From NCBI GenBank assembly GCA_963692525.1, contig OY829953.1:520380-584379 (forward strand): a stretch of DNA of 64,000 nucleotides, read 5' to 3'. Numbering within the stretch: the first letter of the stretch is position 1; each line of letters opens with the position of its first letter. The notes beneath the pieces are model-generated. The model did not search any database. It was not told where the DNA came from and saw nothing but the letters and a program-made list of their open reading frames with translations. This document shows, one piece after another, positions 21,515 through 31,003 of this stretch. The stretch comes from Opitutales bacterium. GTDB taxonomy: Bacteria > Verrucomicrobiota > Verrucomicrobiia > Opitutales > PNEW01. Both the position numbers and the translations under genes were made by a program.

Positions 21515-21546
21515 GTCTAAACGATAAATATCGTTTATCCACTGTT

Positions 21547-22563
21547 TTAATTTTCCAGTGACATAACTTGAGCGCGCACATCAGCTGGGCTAACCTCTCC
21601 CGCTTTTAGCACATCGAGATCTATAAGTTGTCCAATTTGTTTCTCAACTCTCTCAATGCCGAGAATCCCGTAATTCTCTCCCCATAATTTATTACCTTTT
21701 GCCAAATTGTCGCGGATAATGATTTTTCGTGAAAAATCCAAAAATTCATCCTCCACTTCTCTTGATATCTTTCTATTGGCCTCCTTCATCGCTTCACGTG
21801 CAGGGATAGAATCTCCCTCCAGATATTCCGACCAGCCTTTAATAAATGCGCGCATAAACCGATCTACGGCTACTGAATGGGTCTCGATAAAATCTGTATT
21901 CGCGGCCAGGACAAGAGAATTCATATACCCGCTATCCCAGAGATTGAGTACTTTTGGTTTCACTCCCTCTTTTTCAATAAAATAAAATTCGGCAATATAG
22001 AACCCCTCCTGGATAAAATTTTTATCAGATATAAATTGTCCCAAACCAAAATTCTGTGGAATTACATTAAATGTGATTCCGTATTTCTTTTTCAAATACG
22101 GAATGTAAAGCGCTTCGGTGCGTGCCATTATCGTTTTTCCATCCAGCTCTTCGAATCGATTTATAGGATTACTTGCGTGGAGCATGAGCCCTGAGGGCGA
22201 GTTGTGAAATACAGCTCCAATGATTTTCACGGGAAGGCCTCTAGCGGCTGCGAGAATTATTTTTGTACTATCCGACTGCCCTATTTGTGCACGTCCCGAA
22301 GCCAGCATCTGGGTGACAAGGATGTTATTGCCACCGCTGATTAAAGTGACATCGAGCCCTTCATCCAAAAAATAATTTTTTGCTAACGCCTGATAAAGGC
22401 CCCCATGTTCGGGCTCTGGAAACCAGTCAAGCTGAACTGAAATCGGGAGTAATTTATCTTTTGAAGAAACGGTTGATGTATTCTTCTTAGAGCAACCGTT
22501 CGCGATTAAGATCGAGAAAAGGATTATGACAAAACAAAGACTGCGGTTCATATAATATTTCAT
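21547..22563 (-). CDS. ABC substrate-binding lipoprotein, NMT1/THI5-like
   Basis: Lipobox ANGC; QLDWFPEPEHGGLYQA...GLDV. Confidence 0.85.
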   Translation of the reverse strand: MKYYMNRSLCFVIILFSILIANGCSKKNTSTVSSKDKLLPISVQLDWFPEPEHGGLYQALAKNYFLDEGLDVTLISGGNNILVTQMLASGRAQIGQSDSTKIILAAARGLPVKIIGAVFHNSPSGLMLHASNPINRFEELDGKTIMARTEALYIPYLKKKYGITFNVIPQNFGLGQFISDKNFIQEGFYIAEFYFIEKEGVKPKVLNLWDSGYMNSLVLAANTDFIETHSVAVDRFMRAFIKGWSEYLEGDSIPAREAMKEANRKISREVEDEFLDFSRKIIIRDNLAKGNKLWGENYGILGIERVEKQIGQLIDLDVLKAGEVSPADVRAQVMSLEN

Positions 22564-22674
22564 CCTTTATCCAACCCAAGATATTTATACCCGGGCATGT
22601 AATATCTTCTTAAAGCATATATTGTTAAGCTCGCATCTTTTGCTATCCACACTATAAAAGAGAGTAAGCTAATA

Positions 22675-23064
22675 ATGAAATCACCTATACCAGATAAAAT
22701 TATTATTCGCGAATATTCTGTCCATACAAAAATCGGCTATACAGCTGAAGAACGGACCAACACTCAACGCATTATTGTTGATCTTGAAATCGGCATTGAT
22801 CCATGGCAAGCCGGCTCCAAGGAAGGAGATCTTAGTACAACTATTTGCTATGCTACGGTGAAAAACCGGATTGAAGAAAATATTAAAAATAAATCCTGGG
22901 TATTGTTGGAAGAACTAGCTTTAGACACTTGCTCACTTATTTTTAATGAATTCACGCGCGCGACAGAGATTAAAATCCAATTAAGAAAATTTGTTGTCCC
23001 CGATACAAAATGGGTAGGATTAGAATTTTATCGCAAACGTAATTGTCCCGAGGGTGAAAACTGA
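22675..23064 (+). CDS. folB: Dihydroneopterin aldolase
   Basis: IGYTAEER..Q, TICY, LLEELA, catalytic K region. Confidence 0.85.
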   Translation: MKSPIPDKIIIREYSVHTKIGYTAEERTNTQRIIVDLEIGIDPWQAGSKEGDLSTTICYATVKNRIEENIKNKSWVLLEELALDTCSLIFNEFTRATEIKIQLRKFVVPDTKWVGLEFYRKRNCPEGEN

Positions 23065-23166
23065 GATCTCGCAAGTCAATCATGAAAGGCACAGCCACAT
23101 GATATCACCACTTAAAACTCTTTGTAATCCCAGCTTATTCAGCTGGTATTTCATCCAATAATTTCT

Positions 23167-24453
23167 ATGTCTTCTGGAGAATTTAACTTTTCCTATTGGA
23201 AAGAAAATATCGCTAGAGATCCGGTTAATGCAGCACATCAATTTTTAGCCCGGATAAATTCCATTCCACCAGCTGAGAGAACAGCTACCCTCAGTTGCCT
23301 CGTCGATGAAAAGACATTAATCAGCAGTTTCATTAATGCGGGTGAATTATTAGACCAACCTCTCGGTGGCATCCCCTACCTCCTTAAAGACCTCTTTGAT
23401 GTCCAAGGTTACCCCACTCACTGTAGCTCTAACTTACTTCAAAAAGTAAGACCAGCCCCCGATAAATCATGCAGTCTTTTCGAAGTAATGACTCATAAAG
23501 GGGCTGTATTCTGCGGTAAAACCCAGATGAATGAATTTGCCTATGGTTTGGATGGGCTTAATAAGCACTTCGGCGATTGTCCACACCCTAAATTCCCGGA
23601 CCGGTTAAGCGGGGGCTCAAGTAGTGGATCGGCATGGGCGGTTGGTAAAGGATTAATCCCACTAGCCTTTGGTACAGATACCGGGGGTTCAATTCGGGTG
23701 CCCGCGTCCTTCTGTGGGATTTACGGTCTGAGACTATGCCCCCACCAGAGTTGGGTAGAGAATGGCTGTTTTCCTCTTGCACCCTCTTATGACACCGCGG
23801 GGTGGTTTACGTCGAATGCTGAAGATATGAAGACTTGTATACAAACTCTGCTTTCACCTGAATGTGAAATTAATCAATCCCGAGGTCTATATTTCGAAGA
23901 GAGTGGAATACCCATTGATGAAGAGCTGAAAAAACATTACCATCGAATGGCAAATTTTCTATGTCTTGAAAAAAGTGAAATGGCACAAATCGACTTGTCC
24001 ACAATCATCAATCATAGTGAAACCCACTACGCGGTACTGCAAAGTCAAGAGGCTTACGCAGTACATCGCCAATGGCTGGATGATTACCGTGACCAATATG
24101 ATCCAGCTGTCTGGCTGCGCATCGATCGGGGTCGGCGTTGGAATAAAGAGGAAATTCAACATTCAGAGAATCAGCAGGAAAAAATCAGGTGCCATCTAAA
24201 TAAAGTATTTACCGACTTTGATTACCTGGTGATGCCGGCAGTACCTTGCCCCGCGGTTCATAAAAACACTTTGACCCAGGAATTTCGTGAGGGCTTATTA
24301 AGGTTGAATACACTGGGGAGCATGTCCGGCTTTCCGGTCTTAACCATCCCTGTTTATTTACCCAATGGATTGAGCGGAGGTTTGCAAATAATTTACCCTA
24401 CCCAAAAAAGCCAAGTACCACTCAATGTCCTCAATCAGCTAATAGCCACGTAA
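23167..24453 (+). CDS. Amidase signature family protein (AtzE/GatA-like)
   Basis: KDLFD, GKTQMNEFA, GGSSSGSA, GTDTGGSIRVPA. Confidence 0.88.
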   Translation: MSSGEFNFSYWKENIARDPVNAAHQFLARINSIPPAERTATLSCLVDEKTLISSFINAGELLDQPLGGIPYLLKDLFDVQGYPTHCSSNLLQKVRPAPDKSCSLFEVMTHKGAVFCGKTQMNEFAYGLDGLNKHFGDCPHPKFPDRLSGGSSSGSAWAVGKGLIPLAFGTDTGGSIRVPASFCGIYGLRLCPHQSWVENGCFPLAPSYDTAGWFTSNAEDMKTCIQTLLSPECEINQSRGLYFEESGIPIDEELKKHYHRMANFLCLEKSEMAQIDLSTIINHSETHYAVLQSQEAYAVHRQWLDDYRDQYDPAVWLRIDRGRRWNKEEIQHSENQQEKIRCHLNKVFTDFDYLVMPAVPCPAVHKNTLTQEFREGLLRLNTLGSMSGFPVLTIPVYLPNGLSGGLQIIYPTQKSQVPLNVLNQLIAT

Positions 24454-24471
24454 AGAATGGATATTTTCCAA

Positions 24472-24510
24472 AATAAAAAGCCGCCCGGTGATCTCGGGCG
24501 GCTTTTTATT
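24472..24510 (+). terminator. Rho-independent terminator (bidirectional type)
   Basis: AATAAAAAGCCGCCCG-gtgatct-CGGGCGGCTTTTTATT perfect inverted repeat. Confidence 0.9.
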
Positions 24511-24882
24511 ACCAAACTACAAAAAAACAATGAAAATATTATCTTACTCTGCCGAATATAATATTCGATTAATTACTTTGACGTGTTTTCGGTAAAAACG
24601 TTCAAAATAACATTATAAATATTATTCAAGGCCCAGTTGAGGGTCTTTATCTTGCATATTATGCAACTAATAGCGCCCGAAAGAGGTAACCGGTACGGAT
24701 CTCAACAAAACGTTCGAGTTATCCCTCTTAATTCATCCTTTGTATCTTTTGATTCTGGGCCTTCTCATAGGAAGGGGAAACAACCTTGCATGCACAAAGC
24801 TTATTCTATTGGGTAAATATTAGAAAAGTTATTCGAAGCAGGAGAAACTGCACCCCCAGGATATTATCTATTTAGCGGCCGG

Positions 24883-26007
24883 GTGCCGTCGACGAAGATG
24901 ATCCCTTTTATAGATTTAAAAGCCCAGTATCATAGTATTAAAGACGAGATTGATGAAGCCATCGGAAGGGTCTTGGAAAGTTGCCAATTTGCCTTGGGGG
25001 AAGAAGTTCTCACATTTGAAGCTGAATTTGCTTCTCAATGTGGAACCACTCATGCGATCGCTGTTAATTCGGGCACCAGCGCTTTACACCTTGCACTTCT
25101 TGCGGCAGGTATTGGGCCGGGTGACGAAGTAATCACTGTTCCCTATACCTTCGTCGGCACCGTCGCGGCAATTTGCTACACCGGGGCGACTCCGGTGCTC
25201 GTGGATATTGAACCGCGAAGCTACACCATTGACGTCAACCAGATTGAGGAAGCAATTACGGACAAAACCAAAGCGATCCTCCCGGTACATCTTTATGGAC
25301 AGGCGGCCGATATGGATCCAATCATGGAAATAGCCAAGCGCCACCACCTCATCGTGATTGAGGACGCCTGTCAGGCCTATGGGGCTGAGTATAAGGGGAA
25401 GCGCGTTGGCGGAATAGGTGACCTAGCGTGTTTCAGTTTCTATCCCGGCAAAAATCTGGGCGCTTACGGAGAAGGGGGCATTACACTCACCAATAATGCC
25501 GCTTATGCACGCACTATTCGTATGCTGCGGCAATGGGGTCAGGAGGAGAGAAATATCCATCTACTGAGAGGGTATAACTATCGAATGGATGGCATTCAGG
25601 GCGCAGTGCTGAGAGTAAAACTGCAGCACATCGAAGCCTGGACTGAAGCCCGCCGCCGACACGCACAAAAATACAATGCTCTCCTGAGCGAAACAAATTT
25701 TGTCATCCCCTATGAAGCTCCGCACAACCGGCACGTTTATTACTTATACACACTCCGCACTCCCAACAGGGACGCCTTAACCAAAGCACTTAAGGCAGAA
25801 AATATTGAAACCCTCATCCATTATCCGATCCCTGTCCATCTTCAACCCGCTTATCTTGATCTGGGTTATGCTGCCGGTGCTTTTCCCTGCTCGGAAAAAG
25901 TGGCAAAAGAGGTAATATGTCTGCCCCTATATTCTGAAATGAAGGATTCAGCGCTAAAGACCGTATCCGATGTGATAATTAATTCAGTGTCTCAATCGAT
26001 TCATTAA
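24883..26007 (+). CDS. DegT/DnrJ/EryC1/StrS PLP-dependent sugar aminotransferase (start may be ATG 24898)
   Basis: NSGTSAL, PVHLYGQ, IEDACQA, SFYPGKNLGAYGEGG. Confidence 0.93.
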   Translation: MPSTKMIPFIDLKAQYHSIKDEIDEAIGRVLESCQFALGEEVLTFEAEFASQCGTTHAIAVNSGTSALHLALLAAGIGPGDEVITVPYTFVGTVAAICYTGATPVLVDIEPRSYTIDVNQIEEAITDKTKAILPVHLYGQAADMDPIMEIAKRHHLIVIEDACQAYGAEYKGKRVGGIGDLACFSFYPGKNLGAYGEGGITLTNNAAYARTIRMLRQWGQEERNIHLLRGYNYRMDGIQGAVLRVKLQHIEAWTEARRRHAQKYNALLSETNFVIPYEAPHNRHVYYLYTLRTPNRDALTKALKAENIETLIHYPIPVHLQPAYLDLGYAAGAFPCSEKVAKEVICLPLYSEMKDSALKTVSDVIINSVSQSIH

Positions 26008-26060
26008 ATGACCGTTGGCGTCTATTGTTACTGCCGGTCAAAGGGAACGTGAGAATTCAA

Positions 26061-27923
26061 TTAAGGATTCATTTTGATCGCATGAAGCAGGAATTCTAAC
26101 TCCTCTTCAAATCCTGTCGGTTTCTCCCATGTTTCCCCGGCCTTCTCAAGCAGTTCAATTTCTTTTTCGACTTCGGCCTCATCGACCCCAACGACACGAC
26201 TTATGCGAGAGAAGATGTGAGGTCGCACCCTGAATTCCTTAATCGTTTCCAGTTTTATTCCTTTATGAAGGATACCACGTATATGACCTTCTCTACCCAA
26301 TGGAATTTCTTCCAAGGTTTCGTGTTTTATTTTAAACCTCTGCAAAACAATTACCTCCTGATAAATTCGATGTTCTAAAATAAATTGCAGGTGCCGTAAC
26401 CGTTTATTTAATAAATACATGGGTGTACTTGCCCGCATATGACAAATAATGGGCACCGACGATTCAGCAATGACTAGTGTATCTTCTGTAGTCTCTGAAC
26501 GAATATACTCTGAAGCCCAGTCTATTTCTCGGCTCGATACATAGCCATCAGTAATTTCATGTTCCGCATTAGCGGGGACTACAAAACCAATAATGTAAAC
26601 TATGATTAGCAGAACGAAAATGTTGGGTAAGCGCCGATTTTTAAAAAACTCTTTTAATACTCTAATTATGCTGAGGATAAAAAACAGGTGTAAGGGTAAC
26701 GATAATCGCCAAACCATCGGGTCATCAAGTTGTCCCCAATGATAGGTCATCAGGAGCGTGAGATTGATGGTCATGACTAACAGGGTGGAGTAAAAAACAA
26801 GATGGAATCCGGGCTTCGAAAACATTTCACGGAAATGACCCCCCGCGTAAACGAACATAAAAACCAATCCAATAATTCCAAGAGTTGAGATGAGAAAGGA
26901 GTTTGTCCATACCTCCTCATAATTGAACAGATATAATAATGCTTTGTGTATGTTGGGGACAAAATACTCAAAACCGAATGCGGTACTCTCGGGATCACTT
27001 AATTGCCAAAATCCACGATTAGAAAGAATTACCTGATTGGTTAACAAAGGGGGGAATAAAAGAAAGGGGGAACAGGCAGAGAACCAATTCATACTGACTT
27101 CGCGACGCGATATCCATTTGACAAGAACGATAAAAGCTAAAGCGAGGAGATAAAGAATTGATTCGTATCGCGTCTGTGCCAATAAAACGGCCGTTGAAAT
27201 AAAAAAATTCAAACCCTTATCATCATTTTGTTTCAAGTAATAGGATGCCGCGGTCATGAAAAGAAGAAGCATAGAAGCATTCATAATTTCAAATCCCCCG
27301 CCCGTTGCATTTTGTGCAACGAGTGGAATCGCGATAAGCAGTAATACCCCCAGGCAACCATAACGAACACCTCCAATCTGCCAACACAACGCATACATAA
27401 GCGTGGTTAAAATTACCGTAAAAATCCCATTCAAGATAAAGGCATTAGCCGGTCGATATCCACTAAGATCATGGACCATTGAAAGCACGAAAGAGAAAAA
27501 ATAGGGTCTCTTATCAACAAACCCCTGTTGTAATTGTAGATGAGAATTAATATAGTGAGCCCTACCGGTTACAAAGACTTCACGGTGGGTGTGCATTCTC
27601 AACGAATTTGATAAAAGGACATATTCATCAAAGAGTATCTTAAATCGATACGGTTCATGCAGGTGTAAAAATACTGAACAGATTATTATTGTTATCAATC
27701 CCCGCCGATGACTGCTAAAGGAAAAGCCGTCTCGCCATTCTTTTCTCACTATTTGAATAAAGAACCAGCCAAAAGCTGCAGTGGTAGCAAAAACCATCCA
27801 ATATCCCCCATTCTTAGTCCACCATGTCACCTGTTCGTGGCTTATGAGGACAAAAGAGACGTACAGGGTAATGATGGAAGTAAGACTGAGGATCGCTAAT
27901 TTTAGAAATGCTGGCCTGACCAT
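26061..27923 (-). CDS. Multi-TM GT-C-fold glycosyltransferase-like membrane protein
   Basis: More than 10 TM segments, DE dipeptide in an early loop (LFDEY), KRPY, QTRYES; immediately downstream of pilin. Confidence 0.6.
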   Translation of the reverse strand: MVRPAFLKLAILSLTSIITLYVSFVLISHEQVTWWTKNGGYWMVFATTAAFGWFFIQIVRKEWRDGFSFSSHRRGLITIIICSVFLHLHEPYRFKILFDEYVLLSNSLRMHTHREVFVTGRAHYINSHLQLQQGFVDKRPYFFSFVLSMVHDLSGYRPANAFILNGIFTVILTTLMYALCWQIGGVRYGCLGVLLLIAIPLVAQNATGGGFEIMNASMLLLFMTAASYYLKQNDDKGLNFFISTAVLLAQTRYESILYLLALAFIVLVKWISRREVSMNWFSACSPFLLFPPLLTNQVILSNRGFWQLSDPESTAFGFEYFVPNIHKALLYLFNYEEVWTNSFLISTLGIIGLVFMFVYAGGHFREMFSKPGFHLVFYSTLLVMTINLTLLMTYHWGQLDDPMVWRLSLPLHLFFILSIIRVLKEFFKNRRLPNIFVLLIIVYIIGFVVPANAEHEITDGYVSSREIDWASEYIRSETTEDTLVIAESSVPIICHMRASTPMYLLNKRLRHLQFILEHRIYQEVIVLQRFKIKHETLEEIPLGREGHIRGILHKGIKLETIKEFRVRPHIFSRISRVVGVDEAEVEKEIELLEKAGETWEKPTGFEEELEFLLHAIKMNP

Positions 27924-27925
27924 CT

Positions 27926-27963
27926 AAAAAAAAGCCACCTCATAAAAATACGAGGTGGCTTTT
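27926..27963 (-). terminator. Rho-independent terminator of pilin copy 1
   Basis: GCCACCTCATA-aaaa-TACGAGGTGGC flanked by A8/T4. Confidence 0.85.
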
Positions 27964-27964
27964 G

Positions 27965-28358
27965 TTAAGATTTAATTCAATTTATTGAGAGAAGGTAACT
28001 ACAGTAGCGTCAGCCTTGCTAACCGATAGTTCGGTAAACCCAGCTGCGATCGGGAATAAGGTTGAATAGGCTTCGCCGGCCACTGCCTTGGGCATCCCCT
28101 TTATATACAGGTTTGTTCCAATGATATCTGACGTCACCGCTTGGGTCATCCCTTCTTCAATGAAGTACTGGTCTGCCGCTGAGGCTACCTGTCTTAAGTT
28201 ATTCGTAATCGTTTTGTCCTGCGAGGTCTGCCGGACTTTATTGAAGGCCGGTATCGCCATCGCTGCTAACAGCCCGATGATCACGACCACAATCATAATT
28301 TCTACAAGGGTAAATCCCTTATTAGTTGTTTTATTAATCATTATATTCTCCATGTGTT
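27965..28358 (+). repeat. 394-bp direct repeat, copy 1 (identical to 49919-50312)
   Basis: By-eye alignment shows no differences; offset 21,954 bp. Confidence 0.93.
27982..28353 (-). CDS. Type IV pilin, copy 1 (probable start ATG 28341 after GGAG)
   Basis: Class III signal peptide KG|FTLVEIMIVVVIIGLLAAMAIP; own promoter and terminator. Confidence 0.92.
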   Translation of the reverse strand: MENIMINKTTNKGFTLVEIMIVVVIIGLLAAMAIPAFNKVRQTSQDKTITNNLRQVASAADQYFIEEGMTQAVTSDIIGTNLYIKGMPKAVAGEAYSTLFPIAAGFTELSVSKADATVVTFSQ

Positions 28359-28401
28359 TTTTAGTTAACTCCCTATTACATTCTTAAAACTAGGGACGAA
28401 T

Positions 28402-28458
28402 AGAATAGAGGACAATAGGGTACTTGCCAAGTCATTTTTTCGACTATCAAAAAATGAC
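28402..28458 (-). promoter_or_regulatory. Putative sigma70-type promoter of pilin copy 1 with adjacent inverted repeat
   Basis: Minus strand TTGGCA-N17-TATTCT; GTCATTTTTT-N8-AAAAAATGAC (28431-28458) abuts the -35. Confidence 0.45.
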
Positions 28459-28554
28459 CCAGATTACAAATGGCCCTACACCTCGGCATAATTACCTTAT
28501 ATCACTGTCACATCCACATTATAACCCATTTAAGGTTAAAGGATAATAGATAAA

Positions 28555-29568
28555 TTATACCGTTTCAACTGGGCCCAAAGCCTTGGCAAAAATCATCTTA
28601 CCACCTGCCGAGGGCAGGATACTTTGAACTTCAATACGAACCGCCTGCCCGATGAGATCATTCCCGTCATTAACAACGACCATAGAGCCGTCATTTAAGA
28701 ATCCGACGGCTTGCCCGGGCTCTTTTCCCTCTTTGACGAGCTCTACATCGAAGATTTCCCCAATATTAAAATCGGGATTGAGAGATTTTGCTAAGGCGTT
28801 AATATTTAGCCAATCTATGGTGTGAAACTCCGCCATTTGAGCGAGATTGAAATCGGTAGTCATGATTTTAGCTTTCATCGACTGGGCGAGAAAAACGAGC
28901 TTTGCATCGACATTCTGTCGTTTACTCACATCGCTCTCATGAATCCGCAGGTCAAGATGCTTCAATTTTCTCAGTTGATTTAGCACTTCCAGCCCTTTAC
29001 GACCTTTTGTTTGGCGCTGAATGTCCGATGAGTCGGCAATACGTTGCAACTCATCGAGGACAAAGCGTGGAATAACAAGCGCATAACCCATAAATTTGCT
29101 CTCGCAGATACCGATAATACGCCCATCGATAAGGATACTGGTATCTAATACAACAAGCGGCACATCCACTCCATGTGGCTCGAATCTAACATAGGGAATG
29201 ACCAGATTAAATTCATCGCGACCACGCAGGGCAATCACCGACCCTAGATACATCAATATAACAAAAAGCGCGAGACGAACTAAGAAAAGTATCTGCGGAT
29301 CTCCATTTTCGAAGAGAGGTGAGTTTGAGATGAATATCGCGAATAACCAGCCGACAAATAGCCCGAAAGTCAGGGCAGTCAAACCGCGAAGAGAAAATCC
29401 TTTTAAGAAAACATCAATGAGAATGACCAAAACACCAATGCTTGCTCCGATGAAAACTGCGAGCGTCCTATACTGATCCCAGTCCGGTATGGAGTAACAA
29501 ACAAGGTAACTTCCAGTAACGCATATGAGGAAAAAGAAAATGCGTATGATGACGATCGTTTTATACAT
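28555..29568 (-). CDS. PIN/TRAM domain membrane protein (YacL-like)
   Basis: 4 TM, LDTSILIDGRI, GKEPGQAVGFLNDGSMVVV. Confidence 0.9.
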   Translation of the reverse strand: MYKTIVIIRIFFFLICVTGSYLVCYSIPDWDQYRTLAVFIGASIGVLVILIDVFLKGFSLRGLTALTFGLFVGWLFAIFISNSPLFENGDPQILFLVRLALFVILMYLGSVIALRGRDEFNLVIPYVRFEPHGVDVPLVVLDTSILIDGRIIGICESKFMGYALVIPRFVLDELQRIADSSDIQRQTKGRKGLEVLNQLRKLKHLDLRIHESDVSKRQNVDAKLVFLAQSMKAKIMTTDFNLAQMAEFHTIDWLNINALAKSLNPDFNIGEIFDVELVKEGKEPGQAVGFLNDGSMVVVNDGNDLIGQAVRIEVQSILPSAGGKMIFAKALGPVETV

Positions 29569-30037
29569 CGATATAATTGTAAACCTGAAGCATTAATAAA
29601 ATGAAATGCGCCATTTTTTGTCAATTGTTGGTTTACGACTAATGTTAGGCGGCGGGAACAGAATTCAATAAAAATTAATATTTTATCATATAAAGAATTA
29701 GTGGTAAAAGCATTCCCAGTAAAATCAGGAAATAAAGGATGCGGAGATGCCAGCGAGTTCGCTCTTGTTCCTTTTCCTTAGGCGACCGTGACATTAATTA
29801 TTGAAGAAAACAATAGGAGAAACTCGGTTCATCTTTAAACAGTTTAACTCTTCAGCTTTTATTTACCTCAATAAATAATAAATGCTGAAATAATGTGTTC
29901 GCTCAATCGTTTACCCGATTAAATAAATAATTAAAATAATATTCAATAATACCTTAAAGTAGGATATTGATTTAAATTACGATAATTAAAGTTAATATCA
30001 AGACAACAAACGATTCAATAAATATTCAACTAAGATT

Positions 30038-30913
30038 GTGTTCGAACAAATAACCATATTAGCTCCCGGACTCATCGGCGCATCGGTCGCCATGGCTTCG
30101 AAGGAAAAATTACTGGCACGTCGTATTACCGTGTGGTCGCGCCGCGCTGAGACCCGCGTGGCGTGTTCTCATCAGCCATGGTGTGACAAGGTATTTGAAC
30201 ACCCTGGGCAAGCAGTTGCGGGTTCTGATTTCATCCTCGTTTGCAGTCCAGTAGAATCGATCTACCCTCTCGTAAGCAAGATCACCGGTGATCTAAAAAA
30301 AGGCGCGATTGTAACTGATGTCGGGAGCACGAAAAGTCTCATTTGCCGTTTCTGCAGTGCGGTCATTTCCTCGAGTAATACATTTATCGGCTCTCATCCC
30401 ATGGCCGGTTCTGAAAAGACAGGGATGGCTCATGCCAGGGCTGACCTATTTGTGCATAAACCCTGCTTTGTCACGCCTCTCGTGGATTCCGACGTTCAAG
30501 CGTTGGATAAAGTCGTAAATTTCTGGAAAGAACTCGAGATGGAAGTCGCGACCGTGTCACCGGAAAAACATGACGAAATCGTAGCTAATATCAGTCATCT
30601 CCCGCATATTCTTGCTTCTATATTGTGCAGTTACCTGGCATCTAAGGATCATACTTGGCGTAGTTTAGCAGGCACTGGATTGCGAGATACGACCCGCATC
30701 GCCTCTGGCGATCCAAATCTCTGGAAATCGATCATCGAGCAAAACCGCGATGAGATAATACGTGCAATAAATGATTTTGAGGAGGAATTGCATGTCATGA
30801 AAACTGCCATCGCTAATGATCAGCATTTCGAAGTCATTAATCTACTTGAGAGGGGTAAAAAATATCGCGACCGGCTTCGTCTCTCCAATGGCAATTCTGA
30901 TAATAAAGAATAA
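30038..30913 (+). CDS. tyrA: Prephenate/arogenate dehydrogenase
   Basis: GLIGAS, TDVGSTK, HPMAGSE, SHLPH, RDTTRIA. Confidence 0.92.
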   Translation: MFEQITILAPGLIGASVAMASKEKLLARRITVWSRRAETRVACSHQPWCDKVFEHPGQAVAGSDFILVCSPVESIYPLVSKITGDLKKGAIVTDVGSTKSLICRFCSAVISSSNTFIGSHPMAGSEKTGMAHARADLFVHKPCFVTPLVDSDVQALDKVVNFWKELEMEVATVSPEKHDEIVANISHLPHILASILCSYLASKDHTWRSLAGTGLRDTTRIASGDPNLWKSIIEQNRDEIIRAINDFEEELHVMKTAIANDQHFEVINLLERGKKYRDRLRLSNGNSDNKE

Positions 30914-31003
30914 AAATTGATCAGCTGAAATCCCACTGATATTTAATTAATAAAATCTTTGTAATAATGCGTCCCACGCTAATTACATATCAGTAACGCA
31001 ATT

